32,000 bases of DNA, taken from Candidatus Saccharimonadota bacterium (GTDB lineage Bacteria > Pseudomonadota > Gammaproteobacteria > Enterobacterales > Enterobacteriaceae). A model generated the notes under the pieces. It searched no databases. It was not told the origin of the DNA and was given only the letters and a program-made list of their open reading frames with translations. The stretch covers positions 150,001 through 182,000 of the forward strand of contig NZ_CP046226.1 in assembly GCF_012562765.1 (NCBI RefSeq), written 5' to 3'. The position numbers were made by a program, and so were the translations under genes. Shown piece after piece: positions 1 to 10,336 of this stretch. How positions within the stretch are numbered: position 1 is the first letter of the stretch; each line of letters begins with the position of its first letter.

Positions 1-344
1 ATAATAAATTAATAAAGTTTATATTTTATTAAAATTATAATATAAAATATTTAATAATATTTATTAATAATAAATTGTTTTTTTTTATATAGTGATTATT
101 AACTGTATACTTATAAATCTTATTATAAATAATAGATTATTAATAATTATTTCTAAAAAGATTAGAAATTTATGCTAGTTAAATTTTTTCTTATAAAATA
201 TGACATAAAGATAAAAAAATATTAAATATTTTATTTAAAAATAAATTTAAAATTATTAAAATATAAAATTATTTTATTAAACAAAATTATAAATATCTTT
301 AATAATTTATTATTATAATTATTTAATTTTTATATATATAAAAT

Positions 345-1286
345 ATGATAAAACATTTACCAGTTATGTTAAAAGAATCTATTGATAGTTTAAATATAAA
401 AAAAAATGGAATTTATATAGATGCTACATATGGATGTGGAGGACATACAAAATTAATTTTGTCTAAATTAGGAAATAAAGGACGTATTTATGCAATAGAT
501 TGTGATATAAAAACAATATTAATTAATAAAATTTTAGATAAAAGAATAATATATATAAATGAAAAATTTTCTAATTTAATAAATATTTTAGATACTCAAG
601 TTTTAGGTAAAATAGATGGAATATTATTTGATTTAGGATTTTCATCTTTTCAATTAAATGATCCTAAAAGAGGTTTTTCTTTTATGTTTGATGGTCCATT
701 AGATATGCGTTTTGATCAGAATCATGGAATAACTGCTACTGAATGGATTAAACAAGTTAGTAAAAATAAATTAGCTTATGTACTAAAAAAATATGGAGAA
801 GAAAAATTTGCTAATAAAATAGCATGTAATATTAAAAAATACATTATAAAAAATAAATTAGACAAAACTAGTCATTTAAATAAATTAATATTTTCTATAA
901 CATATAAATTAAAAAAAAATAAAAAAATATTTAAACATCCTGCAACAAGAACTTTTCAAGCTATAAGAATTTTTATTAATAAAGAATTAGAAGAATTAAA
1001 AAAAGCTTTATTTAATTCATTAAATATATTAAAAAAAGGAGGTATAATATCTGTAATTAGTTTTCATTCATTAGAAGATCGTATTGTAAAAAGATTTATG
1101 AAAACACATACTACAAATAATGATAAATATCATACTCGTATACCATTAACTGAAAAAGAAATAAATATTTTATCTAAAAAAGATTATAAATTAAAAATAA
1201 TTAATAGAATATTTCCTAGTTCTAAAGAAATTTATAATAATCCAAGATCAAGAAGTGCAATATTACGTGTAGGAAAAAAAATATAA
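345..1286 (+). CDS. rsmH: 16S rRNA (cytosine1402-N4)-methyltransferase RsmH (MraW)
   Basis: 313-aa ORF, collinear with E. coli RsmH. Motifs seen: GIYIDATYGCGGHT (SAM site), DGILFDLGFSSFQL, KHPATRTFQAIRIFIN, SFHSLEDRIVKRF, NPRSRSAILRV. First gene of the dcw cluster. Confidence 0.95.
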   Translation: MIKHLPVMLKESIDSLNIKKNGIYIDATYGCGGHTKLILSKLGNKGRIYAIDCDIKTILINKILDKRIIYINEKFSNLINILDTQVLGKIDGILFDLGFSSFQLNDPKRGFSFMFDGPLDMRFDQNHGITATEWIKQVSKNKLAYVLKKYGEEKFANKIACNIKKYIIKNKLDKTSHLNKLIFSITYKLKKNKKIFKHPATRTFQAIRIFINKELEELKKALFNSLNILKKGGIISVISFHSLEDRIVKRFMKTHTTNNDKYHTRIPLTEKEINILSKKDYKLKIINRIFPSSKEIYNNPRSRSAILRVGKKI

Positions 1287-1342
1287 ATAATTTAATTGTA
1301 TTAAATATTTTAATAAATATTTGAATTTTATAAGGTTAACTA

Positions 1343-2854
1343 TTGACTAGTTATAGATTAAATTTATCAGAATTATTAAATAATTTTATATATGATCATA
1401 AAATATCTAATATTATTATTAATAGAATAGTTTTAGATAGTCGTAAAATTAAAGGTCATCATTGTTTATTTTTAGCTATTAAAGGTTCTAAAGTAGATGG
1501 TAAAATTTTTATAGATGATGCTATTAAAAAAGGAGCTATTGCTATTATAACTTATAGTGAAAATAATATTTATCCATATAATATTATTTATAAAAATAAT
1601 ATTCCTATAATTACTTTACCTAATTTACAAGAACAAATTTCTTTTTTTGCTGGAAAATTATATAATAATCCTAGTCATAAAATACCTGTAATTGGAGTTA
1701 CAGGAACTAATGGGAAAACAAGTATTACTCATTTTTTAATGCAATGGATTAATTTATTAGGAAAAAAAGCAGCAATTTGTAGTACATTAGGTAATGGTTT
1801 TGATAAAAATTTAATAACTACTAATAATACAACAGATTCTGCTATTGATATTCAATATTTATTAAAAAATTTTGTAGAACAAAAAGCAGATATAGCTATT
1901 ATAGAAATATCTTCTCATGGTTTAAAACAATTTAGAGTATCTAATTTAAAATTTTCAGCAGGAATTTTTACAAATTTAAGTAGAGACCATTTAGATTATC
2001 ATCTTAATATGAAAAATTACGAACTAATTAAATGGAAATTTTTTTCTGAACATAAAATTAAAAAGAGAATAATAAATATTGATGATATTATAGGATATAA
2101 TTGGTTTAATAAATTATCTTATAGTAAAAATACTGTTGCTGTTACTACTAAAAAAAATATTTATTTTAAAAATAATTTATATTTTAAAGTTATTAAAATA
2201 AATTTTTTTAAAAATAATACTATTATTGAATTTAATTCAAGTTGGGGAAAAGGAAAAATTAAAATATTTCTTATTGGATATTTTAACGTTATTAACATTA
2301 TTTTAAGTATGACTACATTATTAACTTTAAATTTTTCTTTAAAAGAACTTATAGATACTTCATCTAAATTACATTCTGTTTATGGAAGAATGGAAATATT
2401 TCCTTCACAAAAAAAATATCCAACAGTTATAATTGATTATGCTCATACTCCTGATGCATTAAAAAATGTTCTTTTAACTATTAAATTATACTGTAAAGGA
2501 AAAATATGGTGTATATTCGGATGTGGTGGTGAAAGAGATATTGGAAAACGTTCAATTATGGGTATTATTGCTAAAAAATTTTCAGATATAATAATTATTA
2601 CTACTGATAATCCTAGATCAGAAAATATAATAAATATAGTTAAAGATATTATACAAGGATATAAATATCATGATAACTTACATATAATAATAAATAGATT
2701 TGAAGCAATTAATTATGCAATGAATAATGCTAATAAAAATGATGCTATACTAATAGCAGGCAAAGGTCATGAACAATATCAAATTATAGGGAATAAAATT
2801 TTTAATTATTCTGATTATAATGTTGTTAATAATTTTTTTAAAAAAAATAGCTAA
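1343..2854 (+). CDS. murE: UDP-N-acetylmuramoyl-L-alanyl-D-glutamate--2,6-diaminopimelate ligase MurE
   Basis: 503 aa. Mur-ligase P-loop GVTGTNGKTS; DYAHTPDAL; the DNPR motif (TTDNPRSEN) typical of meso-DAP-adding MurE. TTG start at 1343 preceded by aagg at 1332-1335. Only 56 bp after the rsmH stop. Confidence 0.93.
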   Translation: MTSYRLNLSELLNNFIYDHKISNIIINRIVLDSRKIKGHHCLFLAIKGSKVDGKIFIDDAIKKGAIAIITYSENNIYPYNIIYKNNIPIITLPNLQEQISFFAGKLYNNPSHKIPVIGVTGTNGKTSITHFLMQWINLLGKKAAICSTLGNGFDKNLITTNNTTDSAIDIQYLLKNFVEQKADIAIIEISSHGLKQFRVSNLKFSAGIFTNLSRDHLDYHLNMKNYELIKWKFFSEHKIKKRIINIDDIIGYNWFNKLSYSKNTVAVTTKKNIYFKNNLYFKVIKINFFKNNTIIEFNSSWGKGKIKIFLIGYFNVINIILSMTTLLTLNFSLKELIDTSSKLHSVYGRMEIFPSQKKYPTVIIDYAHTPDALKNVLLTIKLYCKGKIWCIFGCGGERDIGKRSIMGIIAKKFSDIIIITTDNPRSENIINIVKDIIQGYKYHDNLHIIINRFEAINYAMNNANKNDAILIAGKGHEQYQIIGNKIFNYSDYNVVNNFFKKNS

Positions 2855-4221
2855 TGAATAAATTAATTTGTTTAAAAAAAATAACAAAAATTGTGAATGG
2901 TAGATTAATTGGAAAAAATATTAATATATTAAATTTTTCTATAAATAGTAAAAAAATTAATGTTAAATGTTTATTTATTGCTATTCATGGAAAAAATTTT
3001 GATGGACATGATTTTGTTAAAGAAGCTATAAATAATGGTGTAATAGCTATAATTGTAAGTAAATATTTACAAGTAACAATTCCTCAAATAATTGTATCTG
3101 ATACAATTATTAGTTTAGGTAAAATAAGTTTATGGAAAAGATTACAATCAAAATCTCATTTTATAGGTATTACTGGATCATCTGGTAAAACATCTGTTAA
3201 AGAAATGACTGTATCAATTTTAAAAAATATAGGAAATACTTTATTTACTAAAAATAATATGAATAATATTATTGGTGTATCTTTGACATTATTAAATTTA
3301 AATAATCAATATAAATATACAATTATTGAGTTAGGAGCTAATAATTTAGATGATATTAAATATTCAAGTAATTTAGTTAGACCTAATACAGCTATTATTA
3401 ATAATATATCAGAATCTCATTTAGAAGGTTTTAAATCTTTTGAAAATATTATAAAATGTAAAAGTGATATATTTAAATTTTTATCAAATAATGATAGAGC
3501 AATTATTAATTTTGATGATATAAATTATAAAAAAATTTTATATAAATTAGTTAATAAAAAAATATGGACATTTTCTATAAATAATTATAATACTGATTTT
3601 TTTACTAGTAATTTAAAAATATTACAAAATAAAATTTATTTTAATTTACATACTCCAATAGGAGTTATCTTTATTAATTTATTTATTATTGGTGGATTAC
3701 ATAATGTAAGTAATGCATTAGCTGCTTCAGCATTATCATTATCTGCAGGAGCTTCTTTAAAAGATATATCTAAAGGTTTAGCTGATTTTAAACCAGTATT
3801 AGGTAGAATTTCCCCTATAAAATTAGGATATAATAAAATAATTTTAAATGATACATATAATGCTAATCCTCAGTCAGTTATAGCAGCTATTAATGTTTTA
3901 AAAAAAATGAATGGAAAAAAAATTTTAGTAATTGGTGATATGATGGAATTAGGATTTAATTCATTTTTTTATCATAATCAAATAAAAAACTTTATTTTAG
4001 AATGTAAATTAGATTATGTTTTAAGTATTGGAAATTATAGTAAATACATTACAAAAAATAATAATAATGCTGAACATTTTTCAAATAAAAAAACATTAAT
4101 TACAAAATTAATTAAAATATTAGCTAATTTTAATAAATTTACTATATTATTTAAAGGTTCTAGAAAAGCTCAAATAGAAATTTTAATAAATATGTTATTA
4201 GAGCAGGAAAAATTTAAATGA
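2854..4221 (+). CDS. murF: UDP-N-acetylmuramoyl-tripeptide--D-alanyl-D-alanine ligase MurF
   Basis: 455 aa. P-loop GITGSSGKTS, NDTYNANP, VIGDMMELG. The ATG shares one base with the murE stop (TAATG at 2852-2856). Confidence 0.93.
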   Translation: MNKLICLKKITKIVNGRLIGKNINILNFSINSKKINVKCLFIAIHGKNFDGHDFVKEAINNGVIAIIVSKYLQVTIPQIIVSDTIISLGKISLWKRLQSKSHFIGITGSSGKTSVKEMTVSILKNIGNTLFTKNNMNNIIGVSLTLLNLNNQYKYTIIELGANNLDDIKYSSNLVRPNTAIINNISESHLEGFKSFENIIKCKSDIFKFLSNNDRAIINFDDINYKKILYKLVNKKIWTFSINNYNTDFFTSNLKILQNKIYFNLHTPIGVIFINLFIIGGLHNVSNALAASALSLSAGASLKDISKGLADFKPVLGRISPIKLGYNKIILNDTYNANPQSVIAAINVLKKMNGKKILVIGDMMELGFNSFFYHNQIKNFILECKLDYVLSIGNYSKYITKNNNNAEHFSNKKTLITKLIKILANFNKFTILFKGSRKAQIEILINMLLEQEKFK

Positions 4222-5303
4222 TAATAATATTAGTTAAATATTTAAAATATTATTTTCCAATATTAAATATTTTTATTGGTTTAACTTTTCGTGCTATTAT
4301 TAGTCTTTTAACTTCTTTTTTTATTTCATTATATATTATTCCATATTTCATTATATTTTTAAAAAAAAAAAAATATTCTCAAGTAATTCGTTTAGATGGT
4401 CCAAAATCTCATTTTAAAAAAAATAATATTCCTACTATGGGTGGTATAGTAATATTAATATCATTTCTTATTTCTGTTTTATTTTGGTCTAATTTATATA
4501 ATCCATATTTATGGTATGTATTAATCATAGTTATATTTTATGCATTTATTGGTTTTATTGATGATTTTTATAAAATAATTTTAAATAATTCTATTGGTTT
4601 AGTAATTTATAAAAAAATTTTGTTACAAACTATTATAACAATAATAATTGTTACATTTTTTTATATAAATAATACAGAAAAATCTGCGTTACAATTAGTA
4701 ATTCCTTTTTATAAAAATCTTAAAATTTATTTAAATTTTCCTACATATTTAATGATTTCTTATTTAATTATATTATGGATTAGTAATTCTGTAAATTTAA
4801 CAGATGGATTAGATGGTTTAGCTATTATTTCTGTAATATTAGTTATTTTTGGATTATCATTATTATCATATGTTACAGGAGATATAAATTATTCTACATA
4901 TCTAAATATTCCATATTTAAAACATACAAAAGAATTAGTAATTATATGTACTGCTATTATTGGTTCAGGACTAGGTTTTTTATGGTTTAATACATATCCA
5001 GCAATTATATTTATGGGTGATATAGGATCATTATTTTTAGGAAGTGCTATAGGAATGATTACTGTTTTAATAAGACAAGAATTATTATTAATAATTATGG
5101 GTGGAATATTTTTATTAGAATCATTATCTGTAATTATTCAGGTTTTTTTTTATAAATATAAAAAATATCGTATATTTCTTATGGCTCCTATACATCATCA
5201 TTTTGAATTAAAAGGATATTTAGAATCCCATATTGTCATTAGATTTGGAATAATATCATTAATATTATTACTTATTGCTTTATCAATATTAAAGGTATGT
5301 TAA
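4218..5303 (+). CDS. mraY: phospho-N-acetylmuramoyl-pentapeptide transferase MraY
   Basis: 361-aa polytopic membrane protein. Motifs PTMGG, NLTDGLDGLA, FMGDIGSL, MAPIHHHFELKG. ATGA overlap with the murF stop (4218-4221). Contains an in-frame A13 tract at 4361-4373. Confidence 0.95.
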   Translation: MIIILVKYLKYYFPILNIFIGLTFRAIISLLTSFFISLYIIPYFIIFLKKKKYSQVIRLDGPKSHFKKNNIPTMGGIVILISFLISVLFWSNLYNPYLWYVLIIVIFYAFIGFIDDFYKIILNNSIGLVIYKKILLQTIITIIIVTFFYINNTEKSALQLVIPFYKNLKIYLNFPTYLMISYLIILWISNSVNLTDGLDGLAIISVILVIFGLSLLSYVTGDINYSTYLNIPYLKHTKELVIICTAIIGSGLGFLWFNTYPAIIFMGDIGSLFLGSAIGMITVLIRQELLLIIMGGIFLLESLSVIIQVFFYKYKKYRIFLMAPIHHHFELKGYLESHIVIRFGIISLILLLIALSILKVC

Positions 5304-6610
5304 TAAATATGATTAAAAAAGTAGTAATTATAGGTTTAGGAATTACTGGACTTTCATGTATTAAATTTTTTATTAATAAAGGTATTATACCATATATTAT
5401 GGATAGTAGAACTAATCCTCCTTTTATTAAAGAAATACCACCTTTAGTTAAATATTGTATTGGTTATCTTAATAAAGATTGGATTTTAAATGCTAATTTA
5501 ATTGTTATTAGTCCAGGAATTTCTATATTTCATCCATTATTAAAAAATGCTATAAATAAAGGAATTAAAATAATAGGAGATATTGAATTATTTTATTATT
5601 TTTCCAAAAATCCTATAATTGCTATTACAGGAACTAATGGAAAAAGTACTGTTACTAATATGATTGGAAAAATTATAAATAATTATTATAGTGCTGGAAT
5701 TGGAGGAAATATTGGGTATCCTGCATTAGAATTACTATCTAATTTTCAAAATTTTTATATATTAGAATTATCTAGTTTCCAATTAGAAACTATAAAAAAA
5801 TTTAAATCATATATATCTGTTATATTAAATATTTCATCAGATCACATGGATCGTTATCCATTAGGAATAGAACAATATCAAAAAATTAAATTAAATATTT
5901 ATAAAAATGCTTCTATATGTATATATAATGCTAATAATTCTTTAACATATCCAAATAATTTACAAAAAAATCAACGTGCTATTAGTTTTGGTATAAATAA
6001 AGGAAAATATCAAGTATATAAAAAACAAAAAAATATTTATTTAAAAGTAAATAATAAAATAATTTTAAATTTTAATAAAACTAAATTAATAGGAACACAT
6101 AATTATATTAATTCTTTAGCTGTATTAGCAATATCAGATATATTACATATACCAAGAAATATATCTTTAAAAATTATTAGTAATTACATGTTAAATAATC
6201 ATACATTACAGATTGTACATAAAAAAAATGGTGTTATTTGGATAAATGATTCTAAATCTACTAATATAAATAGTACAAAAGCAGCTTTAAGTTTTTTAGG
6301 TAATAATAAAAGAATATGGTTGTTATTAGGAGGATATGATAAAAATTGTGAATTTCATTTATTAAAAAAATATTTAATGAATGATAAGATTCATATTTAT
6401 TGTTTTGGATTAGCTAGTAAAAAAATATTATCTTTATATCCTAAAGCAATACAAGTACAGACTATGTCTGATGCGATAAAAAATATTTCAAAATTTTTAA
6501 AATATGGTGATATAGTTCTATTATCTCCAGCTTGCTCCAGTATTGATCAATTTATTAATTTTAAAGATCGTGGAGAAAAATTTATTGAATTAGCTAAACA
6601 GAATAATTAA
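5297..6610 (+). CDS. murD: UDP-N-acetylmuramoylalanine--D-glutamate ligase MurD
   Basis: 437 aa. VVIIGLGITGLS Rossmann N-terminus, ITGTNGKST P-loop, LELSSFQLE, INDSKSTN, LLSPACSSIDQF. Overlaps the mraY stop by 7 nt. An alternative ATG at 5309 is possible. Confidence 0.93.
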   Translation: MLINMIKKVVIIGLGITGLSCIKFFINKGIIPYIMDSRTNPPFIKEIPPLVKYCIGYLNKDWILNANLIVISPGISIFHPLLKNAINKGIKIIGDIELFYYFSKNPIIAITGTNGKSTVTNMIGKIINNYYSAGIGGNIGYPALELLSNFQNFYILELSSFQLETIKKFKSYISVILNISSDHMDRYPLGIEQYQKIKLNIYKNASICIYNANNSLTYPNNLQKNQRAISFGINKGKYQVYKKQKNIYLKVNNKIILNFNKTKLIGTHNYINSLAVLAISDILHIPRNISLKIISNYMLNNHTLQIVHKKNGVIWINDSKSTNINSTKAALSFLGNNKRIWLLLGGYDKNCEFHLLKKYLMNDKIHIYCFGLASKKILSLYPKAIQVQTMSDAIKNISKFLKYGDIVLLSPACSSIDQFINFKDRGEKFIELAKQNN

Positions 6611-6701
6611 AATAAATTTAAAAATTTAATTTTTCATTAATTTAAATATTTTTACATTATGTTAATATAATTAAATTTATTAAAAATTATATAAATAAAA
6701 A

Positions 6702-7763
6702 ATGTCAAAAAAAATTATTATAGTATCTGGTGGAACAGGTGGACATATTTATCCAGGTCTTAATATAGCATATAAATTAATAGAAAAAGGATGGAATGTT
6801 CGTTGGTTAGGTACTATTAATAGAATGGAAGCAAATATTATTCCTAAAACAGGAATAAAAATTAATTTTATTAAAGTTATAAAATTTGAAAAAAAAAATA
6901 TTTGGTCAAAAATAATTACTTTATTTAAATTAATAAAACCAATTTATGAATCTATTTTAATTTATAAATCTTATAAACCTAATATAGTTTTAACTATGGG
7001 AAGTTATATATCAGGACCTAGTGGAATAGCAGCTTGGTTATGTGGTATTCCTTTAATTATTCATGAACAAAATAGTATTCTAGGAATTACTAATAATATT
7101 TTATCAAAAATATCTACAATAAATATGCAAGCTTTTCCTAATACATTTAAAAATGGTATATTAGTAGGTAATCCTTTAAGTAAAGAAATAATAAAATTAT
7201 CTTTATTTAAAAAAAATATTGTAAAAAATAATTATATTCTTCATATATTAATTATGGGAGGTAGTCAAGGTTCTAATATTATTAATATTATAGGTGTACA
7301 ATTAGCAAAAATTTTAAAAAATAAAGTAATTATATTACATCAAGTAGGAAAAAATAATTTAAAAAATATTTCTTTATCTTTTTTAAATAAATATCAAAAA
7401 AAATTTTATTTTGTAACAGAATATATTTATAAGATTCATAATGCATATAAATGGGCAGATATTATTATTAGTAGGTCAGGAGCTATGACTGTTAGTGAAA
7501 TTTCTGCTATAGGGTTACCTGCTATTTTTATACCTTTTAAACATAAAGATAATCAACAATATTTAAATGCATTAAGATTAGCAAAAATTGGCGCAGCAAA
7601 AATTTTTGATCAAGATAATTTAAATATTAATGATATTATTAATACTTTATTATCTTGGAATAAGAAAACATTAAATATTATGTCAAAAAAATCTCGTAGT
7701 ATATCTTTAATTAATTCTACAGATTTAATTTATAGAGAAATAAAAAATATTTTAATTAATTAA
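6702..7763 (+). CDS. murG: UDP-N-acetylglucosamine--N-acetylmuramyl-(pentapeptide) pyrophosphoryl-undecaprenol GlcNAc transferase MurG
   Basis: 353 aa. SGGTGGHIYPG, IHEQNS, MGGSQGS, ISRSGAMTVSEI. Begins 91 bp after murD, at the position where ftsW sits in the canonical cluster. Confidence 0.93.
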   Translation: MSKKIIIVSGGTGGHIYPGLNIAYKLIEKGWNVRWLGTINRMEANIIPKTGIKINFIKVIKFEKKNIWSKIITLFKLIKPIYESILIYKSYKPNIVLTMGSYISGPSGIAAWLCGIPLIIHEQNSILGITNNILSKISTINMQAFPNTFKNGILVGNPLSKEIIKLSLFKKNIVKNNYILHILIMGGSQGSNIINIIGVQLAKILKNKVIILHQVGKNNLKNISLSFLNKYQKKFYFVTEYIYKIHNAYKWADIIISRSGAMTVSEISAIGLPAIFIPFKHKDNQQYLNALRLAKIGAAKIFDQDNLNINDIINTLLSWNKKTLNIMSKKSRSISLINSTDLIYREIKNILIN

Positions 7764-7791
7764 AATTATATAATATAAAATTACTACAATA

Positions 7792-9255
7792 ATGATAACA
7801 AATATGTTTAGTGAAAAAATAAATTATATAATACCTAAAATGGATAATATCAAAAATATTCATTTTATTGGTATTGGAGGTTCTGGTATGGGTGGTATAG
7901 CTTATATTTTATTGAAAAAAGGATATAATATAAGCGGATCAGATATTATTTCTAATAATATTACAAAAGATTTAATTTCATTAGGAGTAAAAATATATTT
8001 TAAACATAGTGCTAAAAATATTAATAATGCAAATGTAATTGTAGTATCTTCAGCAATAACAAATAATAATCCAGAAATAATTGCTGCTAAAAAAAATAAT
8101 ATTATAGTAATTAATCGAGCTCAAATGTTATCTGAAATAATGAGATTTTATTATGGTATAACAATAACTGGAAGTCATGGAAAAACTACTACTACTGCTA
8201 TAATATATTATATTTTTTCATCGTTAGGATTAGATCCAACATTTATTAATGGAGGAATTTTAAAAAAATCAGAATTATATGCTCATTTAGGAAAAAGTAA
8301 ATATTTTATAGCAGAAGCTGATGAAAGTGATGCTTCTTTTTTAAAATTAAGACCTATAATAAATATTATTACTAATATTGACGATGAACATTTAAATTAT
8401 TATCAGAATGATATTGAAATATTAAAAAATAATTTTTTAAAATATGCACAAAATATACCTTTTTATGGTTGTATTATTGTTTGTATTGACGATACATCTA
8501 TTCGTAATCTTATAAAAAATAATTTAATGCATAATAATATTATTACTTATGGTTTTAGTAAAGATGCAGATATAAGGATATTTAATTATCAACAATTTGG
8601 TTTAAAAAGTAAATTTACTTTATTAAAAGTAAAAGAAAATAAATTTTTAGAAATAAATTTAAATTTACCTGGTTATCATAATGTTTTAAATGCAACAGCA
8701 GCCTTTATTGTATCTTCTTATATAGGAATTAATCATAAATATATTTTAAAAGCATTAGAAAATTTTTCAGGAATTAAAAGAAGATTTGATCTCTTAGGTA
8801 TTTTTAAATATAAAAAAAATAATTTAATAAATAATATTATTCTTATTGAAGACTATGGACACCATCCTACTGAAATAAATATAACAATTAATACAATACG
8901 TATTACTTGGCCTAAAAAAAAAATTATAATGATATTTCAACCACATCGTTATTCTAGAACTATAAATTTATTTAATAAATTTATAAAAGTATTATCTACT
9001 GTTGATGTATTATTTTTATTAAATGTATATCCTGCTGGAGAAGAATATATTACTGGTGGAGATAGTATTTCTTTATATAAAAGTATTAAAAAATATGGAA
9101 AAATTAATCCAATTTTAAGCATATGGAAAAATTATAATGAAATGATTATAAGTTTATATTCAAAATTTACTGGAAATGATATATTATTAATTCAAGGAGC
9201 AGGAGATATTAATAATATCTCAACATTATTAGTAAAAAAAAAAATAAAATTGTAA
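7792..9255 (+). CDS. murC: UDP-N-acetylmuramate--L-alanine ligase MurC
   Basis: 487 aa. HFIGIGGSGMGGIA, TGSHGKTTTT P-loop, AEADESDASFL, DYGHHPTEI. An alternative start at Met5 (7804) is possible. Confidence 0.93.
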   Translation: MITNMFSEKINYIIPKMDNIKNIHFIGIGGSGMGGIAYILLKKGYNISGSDIISNNITKDLISLGVKIYFKHSAKNINNANVIVVSSAITNNNPEIIAAKKNNIIVINRAQMLSEIMRFYYGITITGSHGKTTTTAIIYYIFSSLGLDPTFINGGILKKSELYAHLGKSKYFIAEADESDASFLKLRPIINIITNIDDEHLNYYQNDIEILKNNFLKYAQNIPFYGCIIVCIDDTSIRNLIKNNLMHNNIITYGFSKDADIRIFNYQQFGLKSKFTLLKVKENKFLEINLNLPGYHNVLNATAAFIVSSYIGINHKYILKALENFSGIKRRFDLLGIFKYKKNNLINNIILIEDYGHHPTEINITINTIRITWPKKKIIMIFQPHRYSRTINLFNKFIKVLSTVDVLFLLNVYPAGEEYITGGDSISLYKSIKKYGKINPILSIWKNYNEMIISLYSKFTGNDILLIQGAGDINNISTLLVKKKIKL

Positions 9256-9297
9256 TTTTTTACATTGTCAAAAATATTTTTTATAAAAAAATTAAAT

Positions 9298-10215
9298 ATG
9301 TCTAATAAAATAGCCGTTTTATATGGTGGTGATTCACCAGAAAGAAAAATATCTTTAATTTCAGGAAAAATGGTGTTAAATTCAATGAAATTAATGGGTA
9401 TTCAAGCTTATGGAATAGATACTAGAAATTTTTCTTTATTTTTATTAAAAAAAAAATTTAAAAAAGTTTTTATTGCTTTACATGGAAAAGGAGGTGAAGA
9501 TGGAAGTGTACAAACTATATTAAAATATCTTAATATTCCTTATACTGGTAGTAGAGCATTAGCTTCTTCTATAACTATAAATAAATTTATTACAAAAACT
9601 TTGTGGAAAGAATATGGTTTACCTGTATATCCACATTTTTTATTAAAAAAAAAATATTTTATTAAAAAAAATTATTTAGAAATAAAAAAAAATATTTTAA
9701 ATTTGAAATTACCTGTATGTGTAAAACCTAATTCTACAGGATCAAGTTTAGGAGTTTTTAAAGTAGATAATATTAATTATTTATTTAATGCTATAAAAAA
9801 ATCTTTTATATATAGTAATAGTGTATTAATTGAAAAATATATTGAAGGAATAGAATATACAGTTAGTATTTTAGGTAATAAAACATTACCATCAATTAGA
9901 ATTTCTTCACCTTATGTATTATATAATTATAAAGCAAAATATTTTAATAAAAAAACTCAATATTTTTGTCCTAGTGGGTTAAATAAATATAAAGAAATAG
10001 AAATATCCAAATTAGCTATAAATGCATGGAATGTATTAGAATGTAGTGGTTGGGGTAGAGTAGATATAATTTTAGATAAAAAAAATAATTTTCAATTATT
10101 AGAAATAAATACTTGTCCAGGAATGACTCCTCATAGTTTATTTCCTATAGCTGCTCAAAAAGCTGGTTTTTCTTTTAATGATGTAATTAAAAAAATTTTA
10201 TTTTTAGCTAAATAA
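9298..10215 (+). CDS. ddl: D-alanine--D-alanine ligase
   Basis: MSNKIAVLYGGDSPERKISL aligns with the E. coli DdlB N-terminus. Also HGKGGEDGSVQ and EINTCPGMT (ATP-grasp). I place the start at ATG 9298 rather than the TTG at 9265 used by the ORF track. Confidence 0.92.
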   Translation: MSNKIAVLYGGDSPERKISLISGKMVLNSMKLMGIQAYGIDTRNFSLFLLKKKFKKVFIALHGKGGEDGSVQTILKYLNIPYTGSRALASSITINKFITKTLWKEYGLPVYPHFLLKKKYFIKKNYLEIKKNILNLKLPVCVKPNSTGSSLGVFKVDNINYLFNAIKKSFIYSNSVLIEKYIEGIEYTVSILGNKTLPSIRISSPYVLYNYKAKYFNKKTQYFCPSGLNKYKEIEISKLAINAWNVLECSGWGRVDIILDKKNNFQLLEINTCPGMTPHSLFPIAAQKAGFSFNDVIKKILFLAK

Positions 10216-10336
10216 TTCATATTATTTTTATAAAAAAATATAAAACTATATCAAAAAATATTTTTAATAAAATTATATAAATATCATTTAAAAATTTTAT
10301 TTCTATAATTATATTTTTAAAAAATATTTTATAAAA

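Noticed and set aside
1-344. Long G/C-free leader upstream of rsmH, considered as a degraded mraZ, a replication origin, or a terminator (small hairpin atttctaa-aaaga-ttagaaat at 149-169)
   Set aside because: There is no ORF remnant and no DnaA-box-like TTATCCACA/TGTGGATAA. The 8-bp hairpin is not followed by a T-run and is within what this composition would produce by chance. Nothing here can be supported from the sequence alone.
9265-9297. TTG-initiated 11-codon N-terminal extension of ddl in the ORF track
   Set aside because: The ATG at 9298 gives MSNKIAVLYGG, which matches the E. coli DdlB N-terminus. The extension (MSKIFFIKKLN) has no counterpart there.
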